64,000 nucleotides of DNA from Chrysomallon squamiferum. Taxonomy: Eukaryota; Animalia; Mollusca. The position numbers were made by a program, and so were the translations under genes. Positions 21,663 through 64,000 of this stretch are shown here, one piece after another. Location of the stretch: NCBI GenBank assembly GCA_012295275.1, contig CM022671.1, positions 15,872,001-15,936,000 of the forward strand, read 5' to 3'. The notes under the pieces were generated by a model. The model saw only the letters and a list, made by a program, of their open reading frames with translations. It was not told where the DNA came from and did not search any database. Each line of letters begins with the position of its first letter. Position 1 is the stretch's first letter.

Positions 21663-21918
21663 TTAACCCTTTGAACCCAATCAGTTTCCAAATTTGAAGC
21701 AAAAAAAAAAAAAAGAAAATTATTTATACTGAATGGTTAATATTTTTTTTTTACAATCATATATATTAATATAGTTTTTATTAATATTTGTCTCTAGATT
21801 AGATATTCAGCCAATCAGCTTCAAGAGACCACAAATGGATAGTGTAAATTTCAGCCATTTTGGATTCTGAGCTGAGGGTTTGGGGTGAATATGTGGGAGC
21901 TCAGGTTCAAAGGGTTAA
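21663..21918. mobile_element. piggyBac-type non-autonomous element (MITE), 248 bp plus TTAA target-site duplications
   Basis: TTAA(21663-21666)|CCCTTTGAACC(21667-21677) ... GGTTCAAAGGG(21904-21914)|TTAA(21915-21918). A perfect 11-bp TIR starting CCC and flanked by TTAA on both sides is the piggyBac signature. Confidence 0.75.
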
Positions 21919-22710
21919 TTGTTTGCATTGGCAGAACTGAAGGCAGTTTTTACACTTGTAACAGATAAAAAAGAAATCTATACAGAAAAAAAAGGAAAAA
22001 GAACTGATTAGCAAAACCTGAATATAATTTAACCTGATAACATCTTATCACAACCATTACATTAGTCAGAGTATGTTTACTTTCATGTAAGTAAATTCAG
22101 ATTTCAGTTATCTTTTGAAAATAATTTGGAAGAATTAAAGAAAAGAAATGTTATTAATAAGAAGTTATTTCATAATTATCACCCTAATCAGTTATTTAAT
22201 AATTATATTGTTAAAAATTCAGGTATATTTAATCTTCAAATTAGCTTTTAAAATAATTTCAACATCTCAGAATCTAAGTAATATCTGAAGTAATAACTTT
22301 TATTGTTATTGTTATGAACTTTACCACAGAATCTGAGCTTTTGCAAACTTTTAAAAAACCCAGAAAAAAACAAATTCTCACTGCACAGATGAAGAACTAT
22401 GAAGCAGTTTAATACAGAATGTGTGCATCCAAAAGGCCTCCATGAATGAATGAATGCATTTTCTGAGAATAGAAATGACTAAGATTAGCCTCAGAAAGGA
22501 ACAGTAACTTAGGCGTGAAGAATTATTACACTGTGTAAGGATTATCTCCCTTGAATAACGTCCATATTTCCAGAGAATGTTGGTGTCGTCCTGTCAGTGC
22601 CAATGCCCTCCTGGTTGTGTGAAAATATTACACAGAACAGCGTTAATTGCACGTAGCTATGAAAATATGGGCTGTTTGAAGACATCTATATCACAGACGT
22701 TAAGGAATTG

Positions 22711-57517
<34,807 letters not shown>

Positions 57518-57599
57518 TCTTGGAATAAAGAGACAGAAACTGCCAAAGCTTGATGCCGATCGATGATTCGTCAAAGGAAATCACAAAACAAGGAAAGAT

Positions 57600-58060
57600 T
57601 AAAATGTGTTCTCACAGATAACGCGAATGACCAAAATGGTTCGTGAACGACACATGTACTAGACATTAATTTCAATAATATATATGTGCATATTCCCCAT
57701 GGAATATTTCTGTAAAATTTGCCAAATGAAGGTTCAGAAATTCAAGTGCGACATCGGCCTGGAATGACAGGAATTCCTGACCCCAGGTCACATGATTGAG
57801 CACGTGATTCGCTGATTATTAAAATGGCTACAGCGTGTGTATACTACGTTTGTTATGGACAGGTTATTTCGAGTTTCTGGTCGAATGATTTATTATAAAT
57901 TGCGCTTAATTTCAAGTGCAGTTAAGTTGATATAATGTACCTTAGATAATGTTTCTTTGTTTGTTTGTTTATATTAATGAAACTACAGCAAATTCGAAAT
58001 AGAGTTTCATTTTAAACTTGAATAACTCCGAGTATGATCATCACGGAATGAATGTCAATT
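57600..58060 (-). promoter_or_regulatory. VGLL4 main promoter region
   Basis: Locally CpG-rich segment upstream of the ATG at 57517. It contains an MCAT/TEAD motif TGGAATG (57760-57766), GTCACATGA (57787-57795), E-box CACGTG (57801-57806), YY1-like AAAATGGC (57821-57828) and GGAATG (58045-58050). Confidence 0.55.
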
Positions 58061-59941
58061 AACTTAATAATTAATTTTAGCTGTCGACGTGAGGTACTGC
58101 GAGCTCTGCTACTCATTAAATGTTTCCTATGGTTGATTTATTTGAAGAAGGTCGAGCATTTAGTTTAGAATAAGGTTGAAATAAATATTTATATTGATTT
58201 CCATGAAACATTCTCAGATTCTGTATCTATTTTTTATTTGCAGTGGTTTATTTAGTCTAATTCAGACATCTTAGTTCATTTCTTAAAGTTAAACTGGGTA
58301 CCATATAAAAGTTTGAAAACAAAGGATTTATTACCTGTGAATAATCTTACTACAGATTTCTAATCAATAACCTGTCATTACATTTTGACTAGCTGCAGTT
58401 TTTCAAAAAGCTGTTTTATCCAAACCTAACTATCAGTTTATTACTTGACTACAAATTTACTGTTTGACAACAGTGTGAAAAGAATGGATGCAGAAGACTG
58501 CACATAAGAGACATTTCTACATTTATTTTCAGACCTTTTTCTTTATTGGTTTAAAAAGATTTCAGAATTTTTAAATAATTCAAAAACAATTACTTCATTA
58601 AGCAAGTGGAAAAGTGTCACACTGAAATTAGAAATATATAATTCTTCATTTTTTGTTCTGTGCAAACACTTTGTTTAAATCTATTATTAAATAAAGACAA
58701 AGTAGATTTTAAAAATAAATAAAAATAATCAGCTGTTCCAATAAGATATATTTTTTTTAAATTTGTTATTTTGAGTTTTTATATTATTTATTATATGGGG
58801 TCCTGGTGATAAATGTTTTAAATGTATTGTATTGTCAACTGCTGTTACTTGACAACTAGTAGTCCATATGAAATAATACATGTTAAATCCACATTTATTG
58901 CAAAGTCTAGCATATACCATATAAGATTTAAACAAAACAATGTGGATTTAAGTAAGTACAGAGTATATACATGTACAATGCAATGGTAAAAATGAAAACA
59001 AAATTCTCAAATGATTGGGATTTTTATTGTTATTTACAAAACAGTGCCTGGTTTCATATCTTTCACATGGCCACAAAACTATAATTTTTAAGACTAAATA
59101 AATTATTACAGATGGATTTGTCTCCAATTTCTGAAAACATCAACATGATTTGTAACTGTAAAGAGTACACAATTAATACAAATTATAATTCTTCAAATAT
59201 TGGTCATATCTATACATAAATTATTACATTACCTATTATTAATGCATTTAAGTACCGTACAATCACTCCTGAATTAAAATAATAATACACTTTAAGTTTT
59301 ATTTATTTATATATTTTAACATTTTTGTGTTGTTGCTTTCAGTGCTGCCTCTACCTTGAAACCATCTGTCTGGCCATTTATCCATCACCCTCTAACAAGT
59401 GCAAATAGTTAAAAATTTCAACACAAAATGCATTGTCCAAAAAAGTCCCCTAATAGTTCAGCAAAGGTAAAAACATTATAATGCTAGATACAGATAAATA
59501 AAACCTTTTTAAACAGCAACAGTTCTAAGCAATAACAGTTTTTGTATCATTGTTTTAATTACTTCTTCACCAGTGAATGATGTAATTATGATTATTTCTC
59601 ATATAAAATAATCAACTTCATAATTATTTTATAATATTATATATATACCATGTATAAACACACAGGATTCAATCACCACTGATTTTACATAAATATTTAA
59701 TGTCTAACATTTTGTATTTGACATGAAATTGCAAGTAAGAGGTTATACGTAAAAAAAATAAAGCTACATAAGCAAATATTACAAACAAAATAATTATTGC
59801 AATCTACTGCATAGAAAAACTAAATAAATGTACTGATAATTGTAACGTAAATATGTCAACAAAACTGAAAAATAATTTTCCTCTAATTTCTATAAAGTGC
59901 ACCAAATGACAGATTTCTGTTTGCCTTCATAACGAGATCCC

Positions 59942-62900
59942 TTACATAGACAGTACACTTTGGACAGCTTTGACAATGCTTTTGGCACTGATTCCAAACA
60001 TTTCAAGCAGTTCGGCGGGTTTGCCACTTCTTGGTAGATCATTAACAGCAAGACGTTTTACTATGATGTCGTGACATTCTCCAACAGCTGCAGCTACAGC
60101 TTCACCAATTCCTCCTGAAACACAATACAAATATAACACAAACTAATATAATTTATTTCACTAAAACAGATGTATAAATCCCACTATATATATATATATA
60201 TATATATTTTTAATTATTATGGTCTGTATTGTTTTCAAAACTACAAGTATAATTTGATTCCTTTAAATCTTTTTTCAGTTCCCAGTGTTAATACCACCTG
60301 CAATTTCAATTATATTATCATTTAACTACAAAAGACTGAAGATACCTTACTAACATCACTTATCATATAACAAAAGACCAAAATGCACTACAATATCCAC
60401 CATTTTGCTTAGATAATGTTTCAACATAAAATCTAGTACAGAATTATAATATTATTTTTAAATATCACCTTCTGGATAATGGTCCTCAACAGTGATGATT
60501 TTTCCACCAGTTGCTCGTGCATTTTTAATGAGTTCAGCCTTGTCAATAGGTTTGATGGTAAAAAGATCGACCACTCGGATGTTAACACCAGTTGCAGCCA
60601 GTTCATCAGCAGCCTTTAAAGCTTCAACAAGAGTGACACAGGCTCCAATCACAGTTACCTTGTCGGTTGAACTTTGGCGTACAACCTTAAGAAATACAAA
60701 TTAATGTTTTGAAGATATTTTATCATTGGAACTTTTAGATGTAATGATGAAAACTGAGAAATAAAGATTTAAAAAAAAAAAAAAGATTCCACATTTAACA
60801 ACAAATTACAGTCAGATGTCATCATATATATATATATATATATATACAAGGGAGAAAACCCACTGCTGCCCACAAATCTCCATTCTCCTCTTTTTTATTA
60901 TTACTAACAACAGATCTTTTCATCTAAATTTTTGCTCTCTCTTATTCAAATATTTTACTTTTATTCTTCTTAATTTGCATGCATTATTACTGTAATACTT
61001 TACTGTCAGCATTATATAAAATGGATTTAGATTTATTAATGTAAGTAAAATACGCTGTTGATTTTATTAGACATTGTCTATGTACCTTCAGCTTTCCAAT
61101 AGAAAAGGTTTCATTGTTGTTGTAAAGGATTGGTGTGTTTGGTCGACTGACACGAATGAAGCAAATTCCTGGAGTGTTAGCTGCCAACTGAACTGCATAT
61201 TCTGTAGAAACAGCATCACTTGGATAAAATACTGTTGATCCAGGTATGGCACGGAACATGGCAAGATCTTCTAAAGCCATCTGAGAAGGACCATCTTCTC
61301 CTGAAAAAAGCACATTTATTGACAATGTTATCTGAATTTAATGCAAAATAAACAATCACTGTATTAACATAATATCTGACAAATATAATAATAATACAAA
61401 CTAAATAATGTAACAATACAGTTTCTCTCTTATAATACAAATATGAAATTAATAGCTTCATACATTCGTTTCTGATAAAAAGTATTAAATTACAACAGTC
61501 TTTACCTATAGAAATTCCTGCATGGGAGCCAACAAGGTTGATGTTGGTCATAGAGATGCCTCCCATTCGAAGCTGGTCATAAGCTCGAGACATGAAACTA
61601 GCAAATGTGCTGACAAACGCAACTGCACGATCTCTGGTCACACACCCAGTGGCTACACCCACCATGTTTTGTTCAGCAATGAAACACTCAATGAAGCGGT
61701 CTGGAAATGCTGCCTGATATAAGAAGATAAAAAATTAATAATTAGAACACAGTGAATGCTATCTCAGCGAGATATACAGTACAAACAGTTAAAAATCAAT
61801 ATATATTGTTTTGCCTATATCAACAATTTGTATGATTGTGACAAATCAGTCATTATTTCTGAACAACAAAGCCAAAGCAATGGGAGTTTTCAAGATAGCC
61901 AATATCTTTTCAAATGTGAAAAAGATCACAATTTCTTACCAAGAATTTATTAGAAAAGGTGGAGTTCTTCATATCACCATCCAGTGCCATCACTCTGTTA
62001 TTGTTCTTCCCAATTTTAACTAAAGCATTTCCATATGCAGCACGAGTGGCAAGCTGAAAGATAATTTTAAAACACAACCTATAATGGAAATGTTATTCAC
62101 CACTGCAACGTATTTATTATTAATTATGCAAAATATTCAAATGTCTATAGATGAATCTTCTGCCACAAACAGTCAGAAGACATTCTTATGTATGTAATTC
62201 TTAAATAGTTCTATAAAAAATTTGAAGGCCTCAAAAATACTATTTAAAACACTGATGAAAAAAAAGATTCAGAGTTGTTCCTGTATTTTAAATATTTCAA
62301 CAACAACTGTTTTAACCATCATAAATGAAAATGTATTCTTTTGTATTTGGAGTTAATATCTATAAAGGATGAAATTAAAGGAATTTTAGTCCAAGTTATT
62401 TGATGTAATCTCTACCTGCTCATCTTTCTTGTAACTGGGAGGTTCTGATAAGGTGATATTTTTGATGTTGACTTGAGGTACGTTGGCTGTTGGTTGTTTT
62501 GGTTTCAAGGGATTTGTTTTGTTGACAATCAAACCCTGAATATGATCCACAATACTTGCTTCTTTATTGCCCAGAGCTTTTCCATGCCAGTTATCTTGGT
62601 CCTCAATCCCTGAACATAAAAATAGTTTATAATCTTTCTTTTCTCTCCTACTCACTTAATCACATATACATACACAGCCTAAATGAATTGAACAGAGGCA
62701 TAACTCTTACAAACATTTTGTTCCAAGGAACCAGTTACGGAAAAAGCCTTCATTTTACCATTTTGTTACTCACTTTGTATAAAGAAAATATCTTAAAGTA
62801 CATTACAAATAAACACCAATTCAAAAACAGTAATCAAGTATGTATACATTAGCATATTAATCAATAGCCTGAAATTAATTAAACTTCCTGACATTTGTTT

Positions 62901-64000
62901 TGAACCTAGTGAACTGCTTAATTATCAACTGTTCTGAATAACAGTACGTTAACCTATCATATAAAATGAAAAAAAAATAAAAAGGAAAACTGCACCTGTT
63001 CAAATTAATAATTTATATTCTTTTTTATAAATATTTTATTTACCTTTCATGTCTATACTTCATTAAATCAAACAAAAACAATAAAAATAACTTGAAAGAG
63101 ACACTGTTAACAGGATTTTATGACAGCAACACAAATGCACAGCTGTTTCCCTTAGTGGCTAAACCTTTATGAGGTGACCTTTGTATGCATCTTTTTTCCA
63201 TTTATTTTTCTCTTTTGACACATTTGGATTAATATGATGAAAAAAATAAAAAATAATTTTTAATAGTATATGTTAAGATACAAACTTGTTTTACTATATA
63301 AATAGCTACATGTCACATTATTTAGAAACTTTCCAGTGATCTAACTGATCCTGACTATATGCCACACAATTTCAATTTAAATTCAGGGATAACCAGTTAC
63401 AATATGACAAGAATAATAATGTTAACAGAAGCTAATGGAAAAGATCTGTTACTTGCATTGGATTTAACAAATTTGCTGTTATAAACAATTCAGTATATTA
63501 TGACTTACCTGGACAATTTTTGCCCTTGAAAGTCTTAGCTAGAATGCAAGTTGGTTTTTCTTTCACTGTTGCTGCTGTATCAAATGATTTACACAAAGCT
63601 TCAACATCATGACCATCTACATCAATAGCATGCCATCTATAAAATATAGGTTCTTTAAACACATATAATCTAAATCCAAACTGTCACACATTACATACCA
63701 TTTGCTATTCTTGCTATATACTTTTACTGAGCTTGGATTTAATTATGGAATTATAACTATTTTATTAATATATTTATAAGAATACCAAACAAAAAATAAT
63801 AATAAAACATTATGAAAAATTCATTAAATTTTTTTATTTTAAAAGTAGTGTTACCCAAAGGCCTCCACCCTCTTGTGATATGTCTGTATATCATGACCAA
63901 GACTGGTAGCCTGGCTCTGACCAAGTCTGTTGATGTCAATGATGAGTACTAGGTTGTCAAGTTTGTAGTAACTAGCAAAGTGGATGGCTTCCCAGATGGA
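59942..64000 (-). CDS. TKT: Transketolase (C-terminal ~464 aa; 5' exons lie beyond the window end)
   Basis: Exons (>64000)-63855, 63636-63509, 62609-62416, 62053-61940, 61713-61506, 61300-61086, 60685-60469 and 60114-59942; all GT-AG with matching phases. Motifs of animal transketolase: [141 protein letters not shown]. Confidence 0.97.

Noticed and set aside
60492-62852. Plus-strand ORFs over the transketolase exons
   Set aside because: Antisense shadows of TKT coding sequence.

Overview
AT-rich, microsatellite-dense animal genomic DNA with GT-AG introns (invertebrate, plausibly molluscan; taxon is inference). Four protein-coding genes lie head-to-tail on the minus strand, and I traced each exon by exon with consistent splice phases. 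(1) A NET1/ARHGEF3-type RhoA GEF: 12 exons, 5584->197, running off the left edge. (2) An uncharacterised 245-aa cysteine-rich protein with a signal peptide and GPI-like tail: 5 exons, 16677->9538. (3) A VGLL4/Tgi TEAD cofactor: 317 aa, 5 exons, 57517->22711, with three Tondu (TDU) motifs. (4) The 3' part of transketolase: 8 exons, window edge->59942. The most interesting signals are in the VGLL4 locus: a probable second first exon encoding a Pro-rich N-terminus, an in-frame internal acceptor that could switch between 3 and 2 TDU motifs, a 33-bp minisatellite that duplicates the exon-2 acceptor, and a long 3' UTR with a piggyBac-type MITE and six Pumilio elements. I found no CRISPR array, RNA gene or intact transposase. 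Most ORF-track entries are low-complexity artefacts.
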